Of a stretch of DNA of 64,000 bases, positions 1-9,515 are shown in pieces. Under the pieces are notes generated by a model. It searched no databases, was not told the origin of the DNA, and worked only from the letters and a program-made list of their open reading frames with translations. How positions within the stretch are numbered: the stretch's first letter is position 1; each line of letters starts with the position of its first letter. Location of the stretch: NCBI GenBank assembly GCA_000092065.1, contig CP000583.1. One strand, 5' to 3'. The position numbers were made by a program, and so were the translations under genes. This DNA is from Ostreococcus lucimarinus (taxonomy: Eukaryota).

Positions 1-2475
1 GACTCTCCGATACTTAAACAGCGTCAACGTCTTCCGGCGTGGGCAAAGCAACAAGAACTCATCGACGCCGTCGAGCGCAACCAAGTGCTCATCGTCGCCG
101 GCGAAACGGGTTGTGGTAAGACTACACAGCTGCCGCAGTTCATTCTTGATAACGCTATCTGGCAAGGACGTGGAGCGATGACAAACATGATTTGCACACA
201 GCCGCGTCGAATCAGCGCCACGAGCGTGGCGAGTCGCGTGGCGAGTGAGCGAGGTGAACAAATTGGCAAAACAGTGGGCTATAAAATCCGTCTTGAAGGC
301 TCGATGAGCTCGAGCACGCGAATTTTGTTTTGCACCACGGGCGTGTTACTGCGTCGTTTAACCGAAGACCCTTTACTGAGCGGTACGAGTCACGTGATAG
401 TCGACGAAGTCCACGAGCGCTCGCTCGATTCTGATTTCTTACTCGTCTTGTTGCGCGATATTTTGCCGCATCGACCGACACTCAAAGTGGTGCTGATGTC
501 AGCCACGTTGAATGCGCTCGCGTTTGAAGACTATTTCAAGGGCGTTTCTGCGGTGAGCAAAATCCCTGGGTTCACTTATCCGGTGAACGAGCATTATCTC
601 GAGGACATCTTACAAGTGACCGAGTATCAACCAAACCCAGGGACGGAGTATTTTAAAAAGGCGCCGCGACGCAGGGACAACTTTGACGCCTCTAGTCGAC
701 CGGTGTCAAGTAAGGATGGCGACATACCGGATGAAGACTCGTTCAACATTACGTTGCGGGACAAGGGCTACGGTGACAACGTCGTTCGCGCTCTCCGAAA
801 CCTCGAACAGGGTTTGATCAATTACGAGTTGATGACGCTTTTAATCTCGCACATTTGCGAGTCGATGGACGAAGGCGCAATACTGGTATTTATGCCCGGT
901 TTGGCGGAGATCACGAAGCTTTACGAGGCGTGTGGGGCGAATCCTACGATCAACGCGGCAACGTCTGGAGGAAAATACCTGATTGCTTTGCACAGCACGC
1001 TGAGCACGGCCGAGCAGAGCATCGTATTCGATCACGCCCCAGACAGCGTGCGTAAGATAGTCATCGCAACAAATATCGCAGAGACGTCGATCACGATCGA
1101 CGATGTCGTGTACGTAGTCGACAGTGGCAAGTGCAAAGAAAACGGCTACGATCCAAACACTCGAATGCAGCTGCTTCTCGAGCAGTGGGTGTCTCGTGCG
1201 AGCGCTCGACAGCGTCGCGGTCGCGCGGGACGCGTGCAAGCCGGCCGATGCTTCCGAATGTACACGCGTCACGTGCACGATACGGTCTTCGCTGAACACA
1301 CGCTTCCTGAAATCAGACGCGTGCCTCTAGAAGGCTTGTGCTTGCAGATTCAGCTACAACGCATGGCTGGGGGCATCGCCGGATTTCTCGGCAAGGCGTT
1401 GGAGCCTCCGAAGGTTGAGTCTGTGGAGGCGGCGGTGGCGTCTCTCAAACGCCTTGGTGCTTTGGATGAGCGTGAATGCCTGACCCCACTCGGTCAACAC
1501 TTGGCTACGTTACCCGTGGATGTTCGCGTGGGTAAGATGCTCCTCTACGGCTCCATGCTTGGGTGCCTGGATCCCGTGCTCACGATTGCTGCCGTCTTGA
1601 GCGGTCGTTCGCCGTTTGTGGCGCCGCTCGACAAACGCGACGAAGCAGATCTCGCCAAAAAGCTCTTCGCCGAAGATCAATCGGATCATCTCACGATTCT
1701 GAATGCCTATAATGGCTGGCAAGATGCGAAGAAGCAAGGACGATCGTCTGAGTTCGCGTTCACCCGCGAAAACTTTCTCTCGTGGAGAGCACTCGAGGGC
1801 ATCGCAGATCTGCGGAACCAATTTACACAACTTCTGAATGAATCAGGTTTCCTGGGATCGTCGTCGAAGAAGAAAGGTGGTGGACGGTATCGCGGTCGCC
1901 AGCGCGGTAATGTCTTGGAAACCGACGTAGATTGGATTCGAGCGAATCGAAACTCGGAGAATAAACGACTGTTAAAGTCGGTTCTCGTGGCTGGGTTGTA
2001 TCCAAACCTCATCAAAGTCGACCCCGGTTCTCGTCCAGATGCCCCACCCCGTCTGTCTTTCCTCGCCGAGAACGGGCGGACGGAAAAAATCCAAATTCAT
2101 CCATCGAGCATCAACTTCGAGGCGAAGAAGTTTATCACCAAGTGGCTGGTGTACCACGAGCGCGTGCAGACGACGGCAATCTTCGTGCGCGATTGCACGG
2201 CGGTGACGCCTTATCAACTTCTATTGTTCGGGGGGAAAATCGAAGTGCAACACACGCAAGGAACGATAAGTATCGATCGCTGGGCGACGTTCCAAGCTCC
2301 AGCAAAAGTAGGAGTTTTGCTCAAAGAGATCCGAAACCAGCTTGACCGCGTGCTGGCGCAAAAAATTGAAAACGTCGGCAAGGACGTCGGCGAACTTTCC
2401 AACCCTCTCGTGCTCACGATTCTCGAGCTTCTCGATTCGGAGAAGATCGCGAAGATGTCCACAAAACCAAATTAG
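1..2475 (+). CDS. DEAH-box ATP-dependent RNA helicase (DHX36/DHX57-like); 5' end lies upstream of the window
   Basis: The reading frame is open from nt 1 (…LPAWAKQQELIDAVERNQVLIVAGETGCGKTTQ). Motifs GETGCGKTT (Walker A), DEVHERS (DEAH), SATLN, TNIAETSITI and QRRGRAGR are present. A long HA2/OB-type C-terminal region follows, with stop TAG at 2473-2475. Confidence 0.9.
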   Translation, partial: DSPILKQRQRLPAWAKQQELIDAVERNQVLIVAGETGCGKTTQLPQFILDNAIWQGRGAMTNMICTQPRRISATSVASRVASERGEQIGKTVGYKIRLEGSMSSSTRILFCTTGVLLRRLTEDPLLSGTSHVIVDEVHERSLDSDFLLVLLRDILPHRPTLKVVLMSATLNALAFEDYFKGVSAVSKIPGFTYPVNEHYLEDILQVTEYQPNPGTEYFKKAPRRRDNFDASSRPVSSKDGDIPDEDSFNITLRDKGYGDNVVRALRNLEQGLINYELMTLLISHICESMDEGAILVFMPGLAEITKLYEACGANPTINAATSGGKYLIALHSTLSTAEQSIVFDHAPDSVRKIVIATNIAETSITIDDVVYVVDSGKCKENGYDPNTRMQLLLEQWVSRASARQRRGRAGRVQAGRCFRMYTRHVHDTVFAEHTLPEIRRVPLEGLCLQIQLQRMAGGIAGFLGKALEPPKVESVEAAVASLKRLGALDERECLTPLGQHLATLPVDVRVGKMLLYGSMLGCLDPVLTIAAVLSGRSPFVAPLDKRDEADLAKKLFAEDQSDHLTILNAYNGWQDAKKQGRSSEFAFTRENFLSWRALEGIADLRNQFTQLLNESGFLGSSSKKKGGGRYRGRQRGNVLETDVDWIRANRNSENKRLLKSVLVAGLYPNLIKVDPGSRPDAPPRLSFLAENGRTEKIQIHPSSINFEAKKFITKWLVYHERVQTTAIFVRDCTAVTPYQLLLFGGKIEVQHTQGTISIDRWATFQAPAKVGVLLKEIRNQLDRVLAQKIENVGKDVGELSNPLVLTILELLDSEKIAKMSTKPN

Positions 2476-2530
2476 CAGACAAACACATTGATTGAATTGA
2501 TACAACACACTATACATAGTAATCTAGTCC

Positions 2531-3244
2531 CTATGACCAACTTCTCGTCTTCGCGTGCACGCGAGCCACATCCGTCATGTAATCCCCGCTCAATCGAGCG
2601 TACGCCGTGCGATTCGCGCGCTCGATCTCTCGTCGAGCGCGCTCCTCGTCACCATTAATCTCATAAAATAACCCCAAATATAACGCGCTATAAAACTCAT
2701 CGCTCGCGTTCGAGCGTCCGGCTTCGCGCAGGCGCGTCGCCGCCTCTTCCGATCCCTCCGCGAACAGCGCGAAAACGCTCGACATCACCGGTCTCGAATC
2801 CCGACCGGTGATCAACATATTTTCTCTCGCGTACGCGATCCCTTTCTCCGGATCCATCGCCTCCGAGGCGAAGCACCACACGCTCTCCTCCGTATCGTTC
2901 GGGTTCTGCGCCACGTCCAGTCGAAACTGCTTCGCCGCCTCCTCGTACGCCCCCGCGTAGTACAGCGCCAGCCCGCGCTGCCACATGTACGCGCTAAACC
3001 TCTCATCGCTCGCGATGGCGTCGTCGAACGCGTCGATCGCGCCTCTGACGTCGCCTCTGATAAACTCCCTCGCGCCGCGCTTGATCTTTTCGCTCGCCAC
3101 CGATGCGTTCGCTCGCTCCGCGCGCGCGCACGTCGCCACGATCGCCGCCGCGACGCCGCGCAGAGCGTCGCGACGATTCGTTCGTCGTCTCGCGTCGCGC
3201 GTCGCGCACGCACGCGGCGCGCGCGCGCCGCGAGCGGCGGACAT
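2531..3244 (-). CDS. Small TPR-repeat protein with an Arg/Ala-rich N-terminal presequence (possibly organelle-targeted)
   Basis: A 237-aa ORF has a true ATG at 3244. It contains TPR-like helical repeats (YMWQRGLALYYAGAYEEAAKQF…, FYSALYLGLFYEINGDEERARREIERA). Convergent AT-rich 3' ends with the helicase gene. Confidence 0.55.
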   Translation of the reverse strand: MSAARGARAPRACATRDARRRTNRRDALRGVAAAIVATCARAERANASVASEKIKRGAREFIRGDVRGAIDAFDDAIASDERFSAYMWQRGLALYYAGAYEEAAKQFRLDVAQNPNDTEESVWCFASEAMDPEKGIAYARENMLITGRDSRPVMSSVFALFAEGSEEAATRLREAGRSNASDEFYSALYLGLFYEINGDEERARREIERANRTAYARLSGDYMTDVARVHAKTRSWS

Positions 3245-3279
3245 TTAGTGACGTGTGGATGTTATCCACACGTCACTAA
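3245..3279. promoter_or_regulatory. Perfect inverted repeat (16-bp arms, 3-bp spacer) TTAGTGACGTGTGGAT-gtt-ATCCACACGTCACTAA in a bidirectional promoter
   Basis: Read directly from the sequence. It lies immediately upstream of the TPR gene ATG (3244, minus strand) and 150 bp upstream of the SufC ATG (3433, plus strand). The core TGACGTG/CACGTCA resembles ACGT-core bZIP/CRE-type sites. Confidence 0.6.
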
Positions 3280-3357
3280 TTCCGACACACTAATTCCGAC
3301 ACACTCCGACGCGCCGTTCGCGCGCTCGCCGTTCGCGCGCTCGCCGTTCGCGCCCAC
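3274..3357. repeat. Short tandem direct repeats in a promoter region: CACTAATTCCGACA x2.5, then GCCGTTCGCGCGCTC x3
   Basis: Read directly from the sequence between the divergent TPR and SufC genes. Confidence 0.7.
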
Positions 3358-3432
3358 GCGCGCGCAAGTCCGCCCGCGACACTCTCGCGCCGCTCGCGCG
3401 CGCTCGAACGCCTCGAGCGACGCGCGCGCGCG

Positions 3433-4305
3433 ATGTCCCGATGCGCAACCACGACGGTGACGGCGCGCGCGCCGACGCGCGTCCGCGCGCCGTCGAACGC
3501 GATCGCGCGACGCGCGAGCGCGCGATCGGTGCAGACACACGCCGGTCAGGGTAAAGTGCTGCTCGAGGTGAAGGACCTGCACGCGAAAGTCGCGGAGACG
3601 GGAGAGGAGATCCTGAAGGGGGTGAACCTGACGATTCGCGAGGGCGAGACGCACGCGGTGATGGGCAAGAATGGCTCGGGGAAGAGCACGCTGACGAAAG
3701 TGCTGGTCGGACACCCGGCGTATGAAGTCACGAGTGGTAGCGCGACGTTCAAGGGCGAAGCGCTGTTCGAGATGGAACCCGAGGAACGCGCGCGAAGCGG
3801 GTTGTTTTTGTCGTTTCAGTCGCCCATCGAAGTCCCGGGGGTGTCGAACACCGATTTCCTGAGAATGATGTGCAACGAACGAAGAAAGGCGCGCGGGGAG
3901 GAGGAATTGGATCCTTTGGAGTTTTATGGATATCTCACGCCCAAGTTGGAGGCGTTGAACATGGATCCGAGCTTCTTGACGCGCAACGTCAACGAAGGGT
4001 TCTCCGGTGGCGAAAAGAAGCGAAACGAAATTTTGCAGTTGGCCGTGATGGAGAGCGAGATGAGCATTTTGGATGAGATTGATTCCGGTTTGGACGTCGA
4101 TGCGTTGAGAGACGTGGCCAAGGCGGTGAACTTGTTGAGACAAGGCGACAAGGGCTTGCTCCTCATCACGCACTACCAGCGTCTTTTGGACGCCATTCAC
4201 CCCAATTTCGTGCACATCATGCAAAAGGGGCAAATCGTGCAAACCGGGGGAGTCGAGATCGCGACGCAGCTCGAGGAGGGTGGTTTCGCGTCGCTCGCGC
4301 AGTAG
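3433..4305 (+). CDS. sufC: SufC, Fe-S cluster assembly ATPase (ABC-type), nuclear-encoded with about 40-aa N-terminal extension
   Basis: Walker [13 protein letters not shown] signature FSGGEKKR, Walker [11 protein letters not shown] and H-loop ITHY are present. The sequence aligns end-to-end with SufC. True ATG at 3433. Confidence 0.9.
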   Translation: MSRCATTTVTARAPTRVRAPSNAIARRASARSVQTHAGQGKVLLEVKDLHAKVAETGEEILKGVNLTIREGETHAVMGKNGSGKSTLTKVLVGHPAYEVTSGSATFKGEALFEMEPEERARSGLFLSFQSPIEVPGVSNTDFLRMMCNERRKARGEEELDPLEFYGYLTPKLEALNMDPSFLTRNVNEGFSGGEKKRNEILQLAVMESEMSILDEIDSGLDVDALRDVAKAVNLLRQGDKGLLLITHYQRLLDAIHPNFVHIMQKGQIVQTGGVEIATQLEEGGFASLAQ

Positions 4306-4351
4306 TTACAACATAAACGATTCATTTAATGATAACACACGATATCACAAA

Positions 4352-5231
4352 TCACTCGAGCGACCACAGTTCGATGCGAGCCGTCCTGAACATGTTCTCC
4401 GAAGCCAAGGGCGGGGACTGAAAAGTCTCGCACTCTCCGCTCGAACCTTGAAGTAAATCCTCTTCTAAACGAATCGCGTGCGCGCTACCACCGCCGACGG
4501 ATAACGAGTCAGCGGCGCCGAACATGTAGTAATCGTTCGCCCCGCTCCACGCGTACTTGACGCCCTCGGGCGCGAGCGTGAACACGAAACTCTCACCCGT
4601 GCCGCCGTATCGCGAGTGCACCTTCCACGCCTCGGTGCAAAACGCGCCAAAAATAGCCCCACCACTATCGCTCACGAGGAGCACCGTGTTCGCCTTCCCG
4701 CTCGCGCGTCTGTAAAGACTCTTCAACGAAATCCCGTCGCGCTTGGTGCTGTACGCCAACGCCCACTCCCGCATGCGATACATCGCCGGCAGCGCCTCCC
4801 GCAGCGTCTCCATCTGTTCGACCGTCACTATATCACTCTTCCCATTCATTTTCATCTCCGTCTTGATCGTCCTCTCCGCCGACGTCGACAACTCGCTCGC
4901 GCCTCGCCGTCGACGCCTCGCCGTCCCGTTCCCCTCCCCCTCCTCCCTCGTCGTCCCCTCTCCCTCCTCCTCCGCCTCCATCGTCGCCGTCCACGATTCC
5001 AGCACCTTCCCTAAAAACCCCTCGTGCGCGTCGTCCGCTCGCACCCGCGCGCTCGTCGCCTTCCCGGCGCTCGTTCGATACAGCACGTCCACCGTCCCGT
5101 CGCCGTCCTCGCCGCGCACGACGCCCACGAATGACCGTTTATTAATCTCCGGGTGCTTCACCCTCGGATCCAGCACCGCGCGCGCGTCTCCCTCGCCCGC
5201 GCGCGTCGGTCGCTCGATTCGCACGCAGTTC

Positions 5232-5266
<35 letters not shown>

Positions 5267-5308
5267 CCCGAGGACGTCCCGCCAAAACGTCCCGAACACC
5301 TCCTCCAT
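4352..5308 (-). CDS. TLDc-domain protein (OXR1/NCOA7-like) with N-terminal poly-Asp tract
   Basis: The C-terminal about 165 aa match the TLDc domain (…SLYRRASGKANTVLLVSDSGGAIFGAFCTEAW…GTGESFVFTL…YYMFG…). Chosen start is MEEVFGTFWRD (ATG about 5308). The ORF-track extension to 6193 is R/A-rich low complexity. Confidence 0.7.
5233..5265. repeat. (GTC)11 microsatellite encoding D11 in the TLDc protein
   Basis: Read directly from the sequence. Confidence 0.85.
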
Positions 5309-5324
5309 TTCGCGCCCTTCGTCG

Positions 5325-5405
5325 TCGTTCGTCGTCGTTCGTCGTCGTTCGTCCGGCGTTCGTTCGTTCGCTCGCTCGTTCGTTCGTCCGGCGTTCGTCC
5401 GTCGT
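5325..5405. repeat. CGTTCG/GAACGAAC-type simple repeat in a divergent promoter region
   Basis: The repeat …cgtcgttcgtcgtcgttcgtcgtcgttcgtccggcgttcgttcgttcgctcgctcgttcgttcg… lies between the TLDc gene (minus) and the PDE gene (plus). The same GAACGAAC motif recurs at about 45318-45350 and 29600-29640. Confidence 0.7.
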
Positions 5406-5687
5406 CGTCGCGCCGCGCGACGCGCCGTGTCGCGCCGGTTCGCGCGCGCGATTGGCGCCCGAGACACCCGGAAGTGGCGCGGCCGCCCGAGACACCCGGA
5501 AGTGAGAAAAGCGCCGAAAAAGAGGGGAGACGAAGAGACACAATGACGACGCGAACGACGACGGCGCGCGCGCGGCGACGGACACACGGCGACGCGCGCG
5601 CGAGGACCGGGCGGTGACGATCGCTTCGATCGATCGTCGCGGGCGTCGATCGACGACGACGACGGCGAAACGCGGTGGTGGACGAGG

Positions 5688-8084
5688 ATGACGACGACGA
5701 CGACGACGGCGCGGACGCGCGGGACGAAGGCGGAGGACGACGACGCGACGCGCGGCGAGGAGACGGCGAGCGAGGGACGATGGCGAGCGACGCGAAGAAA
5801 GGAGCGGTCGATGTCGGTGGAGGCGGCGATCAGCGCGGCGATGCGGTCGATGCAGGGAGGGGCGATGACGCCGACGCCGAGGTGGCGGGCGGTCGGGGAC
5901 GTGGCGAGCGCGTGGGCGTTGATGACGGCGCACGAGTTGGATTGGCTCGGCGCGTCGGGGGCGCTCGGGAGCGCGGTGTGGGGGACGGCGATCGTGGGGG
6001 CGATGGTGCACTTGGTGTGCGGGTTCGCGCGGTACGCGTCGTACACGCACGCGATGGTGGACGGGTGCGCGCTGGCGGCGGCGGCGGCGGATCGGGCGCT
6101 TTCGCGAGGAGACGCCGCGGTGTGGGCGCTCGTACGACCGTTCATTCGGCTCGCGTTGCTCACGCGCGTGTGCGCGGCAAGTGCGCTCTGCATGGACGCC
6201 GGGACGTGGGCGGTGCTGAACGGGAGAGGCGTGCGAGGTGTGTTTCATCGACTCGAGCACGCCGGCGCGGTGAACATCGCGGTGTGCGTCAGCGTGGGAA
6301 TCATTTCTCTCGGTCCCGTCGCGACGGCGCAACACCGGCTCGGCGCGGAAATTCTCACGCGTTACTTTCACGTGAGAGTCGACGATGAGGTTCTTCGCGC
6401 GATCAAACGCATGGAACAGGTGTTCGCCGCCGCTGCCGCGGCGACGGCGTTCAACGCCTTGTTCAACCTCACGCGCCGATCATTACTCGGTCGTCCGCTG
6501 CAAGGAATCATCGAAACTCTCGAGTATCACGCCAAGCAGGTGTTAACCGACTTGGAGTTACGACCTGGTGAGGTGCAATCTTTGGACATCGGCGTGTTGG
6601 GATATGTGCTCGACAAGATGAGCCACATCGTCAAACGAAACGAATCCGACAACGGCGGACCGGCGCTCATCGAAGCCATTCTGGAAGATCACGAAGACGT
6701 CGACGGACGCACTCGCGAATGGTTGGTGAGTTACGAAGCGAGTAACGTCAAATATGGAAAATCAGCGTCGGTGAATTCGCAAGGAGTGAACGTGTTCAAG
6801 TCGGTGGTTTCATCCTTTGCGCGCATGTCAGACGCCGGGGGGCCGTATCTGAGCGTCGACGGGGACGCGCTCAACTCTTGGTCGTTCGATGTGTTCACCG
6901 TAGGGGAAAACAAGGAGCTATTTCCGTACGTCGTGCGCATGTTTCACGAAATGAACATGTTTGAGCTCGTCGATCAGTTCAAGTTTCGTCGCTTCTTATC
7001 TGAGGTCGAAGGCATGTACCGGGATAATCCGTACCACTGCTTCAAGCACGCCGTCGACGTCACGCACACGACGTATTTATACATTTGCGCGGTGAAAGAG
7101 CAAGTCAGTATGACGCAAGTAGAAATATTCTCTCTCCTCGTTGCCGCTTTGGTGCACGATTTGGATCATCCCGGGGTTACGAACGGGTATCTCATCGCCA
7201 CGCACGATAACATAGCGCTGACGTACAACGACGAGAGCGTGTTGGAGAATCTTCATCTCTCGCGGTTCTTTTCTTTGTGTCAAAACAACGAAGACGCAAA
7301 CATTCTCTCTGCATTTGACGAGAGTACGTACAAAGAGATTCGTCGATCTATTATAAGTTGCGTGCTACACACAGACATGGCGCATCACTTCAAGCTCGTC
7401 TCGCGATTGAACGAACTCGTCGCTCTGGGTAAGAAGAACAACATCATCAACGGTTCACCGATGAAATCGACAGTCATAACGAGCACTCGTGATGATGATC
7501 CGATAAATGTGAGCGTGACGTTCAAGACAGACGACGAGCGTCAGCTGATGCTGAATGTTCTCCTGCACTGCGCGGACATCTCCAACGCCGTCAAGCCAAA
7601 CGAGCTTTGCGTCAAGTGGGCATCGCGGGTGCTGGAAGAGTTCTTCAATCAAGGCGATCGCGAACGTTCAAGAGGAATGTCGATCAGTCCTATGATGGAT
7701 CGCGAGACCACGTCGGTGGGGCTATCGCAGATAAACTTTATTGAGTTTGTTATCGCGCCTCTCTACGTGCAATTTGTGGCGGTGTTCCCAGCCCTGAACG
7801 GCCTCTTGACGCGACTGATCGAAAATCGTCGATACTATCAGGAGACGTATGAAAACGAACTCGCCGACATGACTAAAGGCGATGGCACCGATCGCTCTCC
7901 AGAGAAAGAATCACTTCGCGCGCGATTCCGCACGCTCATCGAAAAGCACTCGCTGCGTCGCTTCGTGGATGAAAGCGATAATCTCATGAAGGCCATTCTA
8001 TCGCTTCCACACACGCGACGGTCGAGCGCGACTCGTTCTTTCAACGCGATGCTTTCATCGCCGTCGAAGAAGAAAACGATGTGA
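5688..8084 (+). CDS. Membrane-bound 3',5'-cyclic nucleotide phosphodiesterase (class I PDE catalytic domain)
   Basis: PDEase_I motifs are present: YHCFKHAVDVTH, HDLDHPGVTNGYL, HCADISNAVKP, LEEFFNQGD. The N-terminal part has hydrophobic TM segments. An alternative start ATG lies at 5811. Confidence 0.85.
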   Translation: MTTTTTTARTRGTKAEDDDATRGEETASEGRWRATRRKERSMSVEAAISAAMRSMQGGAMTPTPRWRAVGDVASAWALMTAHELDWLGASGALGSAVWGTAIVGAMVHLVCGFARYASYTHAMVDGCALAAAAADRALSRGDAAVWALVRPFIRLALLTRVCAASALCMDAGTWAVLNGRGVRGVFHRLEHAGAVNIAVCVSVGIISLGPVATAQHRLGAEILTRYFHVRVDDEVLRAIKRMEQVFAAAAAATAFNALFNLTRRSLLGRPLQGIIETLEYHAKQVLTDLELRPGEVQSLDIGVLGYVLDKMSHIVKRNESDNGGPALIEAILEDHEDVDGRTREWLVSYEASNVKYGKSASVNSQGVNVFKSVVSSFARMSDAGGPYLSVDGDALNSWSFDVFTVGENKELFPYVVRMFHEMNMFELVDQFKFRRFLSEVEGMYRDNPYHCFKHAVDVTHTTYLYICAVKEQVSMTQVEIFSLLVAALVHDLDHPGVTNGYLIATHDNIALTYNDESVLENLHLSRFFSLCQNNEDANILSAFDESTYKEIRRSIISCVLHTDMAHHFKLVSRLNELVALGKKNNIINGSPMKSTVITSTRDDDPINVSVTFKTDDERQLMLNVLLHCADISNAVKPNELCVKWASRVLEEFFNQGDRERSRGMSISPMMDRETTSVGLSQINFIEFVIAPLYVQFVAVFPALNGLLTRLIENRRYYQETYENELADMTKGDGTDRSPEKESLRARFRTLIEKHSLRRFVDESDNLMKAILSLPHTRRSSATRSFNAMLSSPSKKKTM

Positions 8085-8119
8085 ACGCAGACGATATTTC
8101 TATTGCGCTGCGTTTTGAG

Positions 8120-8138
8120 TTTGCATTGTCAATGCAAA
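8120..8138. other. 9-bp-arm palindrome TTTGCATTG-t-CAATGCAAA in the PDE 3' UTR (hairpin)
   Basis: Read directly from the sequence about 40 nt after the PDE stop. Confidence 0.5.
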
Positions 8139-8364
8139 ATGTCTTTTCATGTCCTCTCGTGTCCCGCACTCCTTTGTTAGCGTGTTGACCTCGTCCCATC
8201 GAGCGCGCGAGTTAACGGATTCGGCCTAAGGACGCGACTTCGAAAAGCGAACAACCGTTCGAAACGTTCTCGTCGCCGAGAGATCGCGTTCGCGGTCGCG
8301 CGTCGTGGTCACGTCTCGAAATGAGCGATCGATTACCTCAGTCTGCAGCGCGTCAACGGCGCGC

Positions 8365-9439
8365 ATGACGCCCGCGCGACTGACGCGAGCGGGCACGAGG
8401 CGCGAGCACAGCGACTATCACACTTCTCCGCGATCGCGAGCTTCAAACGCGCGCGACACTCGCAATGAAACGCGCGTCAGTATGAAACTCTCCGACGATG
8501 CCGCACCAGGCAGCATCGCGAGCGTCCGCGCGTCGACGCGTGCGTCGCGCAAGCGGTCGAGAGACGTCGTAATTGAGTCGGCGCAATTGTTCGTAAAATC
8601 GTCGCGTCGCCGTGCGGCGGTTTCGGACGACGAGGACGAATCAGACGTCGTCGCGACGGTTCGAGCCGCGGACGGCGGCGACGACGCGACGCCCCCGGCG
8701 AGGCGGGAGACTCCTGTCGAATCTTCCTTGGTGTGCGCGCCGCGCACGCGACGTGAAACCAAAGACCACGCTTTTCGCAAAGCTAACGAGGCGCAGAGCG
8801 CGTTGCTCGGAACGCTCTGCGAGGATGCATTGTGGAAAGTGTGCGAGTTCCTGCCGGCGAAGGACTTGGCGTCGTTGGAGTGCGCGAGCTCGTATTTCCA
8901 TCGCCCTATGCGACGCGCCGATCGAGGACTAGGGATCGCCGAGCGCGTCGCTAGAGTACGTATCAGAGGCGCGCAGATGGCCGACATGCCGCCATTTTAC
9001 AGGTAAGAATCCGTCAAAGATTTCCTCGGTCAACTCGACCTTGTCGCAAAGCTGGCGCGCGTTGACTAACACTTGCTCTTCGCTTGGCTCTAGGAAACTT
9101 TCGTGGAAGCGAAAGCTTGAAATATTTGAAAAGCGAGCGCAACCATTGAGCGCAAACGAACTAATTCCGGGGATGTGGGTCAGGGTCAAGTCCGACACGG
9201 AAGAGGTTAAGCGCATGTGCACCGGCGCAGACAAGGGTGTTTTCGGCTACCCGGTCGGATGGGAGCCTGGGATGGAGGAGACGTGTGGGAAGTGCTTTCG
9301 AGTGTGCGTCGTGAGTCTCGATTACAGACAGACGCCTGTTGTCGGCTTGTCCGTTTCTGGCGGACTCGTAGCGATTTCCCGCGGAAAGACGCCGACCTAT
9401 GGCTGGTACTTCCCATTCGAGTCGTTGACGCATCTGTAA
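8365..9439 (+). CDS. F-box protein with C-terminal YccV/HspQ-like domain (FBXO21-like); two exons 8365-9002 and 9094-9439
   Basis: F-box LCEDALWKVCEFLPAKDLASLECASSYF is present. ORF 8305-9006 ends …PPFYR at a GTAAGA donor. A 91-nt intron (9003-9093, acceptor ctctAG) restores frame into the downstream ORF. The C-terminal region (GMWVRVK…GVFGYPVGWEPG) resembles the YccV-like hemimethylated-DNA-binding domain. The first ATG in frame is at 8365. Confidence 0.55.
9003..9093 (+). other. Intron (GTAAGA…pyrimidine-rich…TAG), phase 2
   Basis: Donor and acceptor read from the sequence. Splicing joins two ORFs that are in different frames into one F-box protein. Confidence 0.55.
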
Positions 9440-9515
9440 ATGTTCGCTGGAAGCATCTTTTGTATTAATACGCTAAAAATCTGCTGCTAGTCAAGTCAAT
9501 CAACGCATCACCAAA

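Noticed and set aside
3274-3357. CRISPR-like array
   Set aside because: The repeats are very short (14-15 bp) and directly abutting with no spacers, in a eukaryotic promoter. They are simple tandem repeats, not CRISPR.
5309-6193. N-terminal 295-aa extension of the TLDc ORF (R/A/S-rich)
   Set aside because: It has no homology and extreme Arg/Ala bias, and it overlaps the PDE gene 5' region on the other strand. A credible start, MEEVFG, is available at about 5308.
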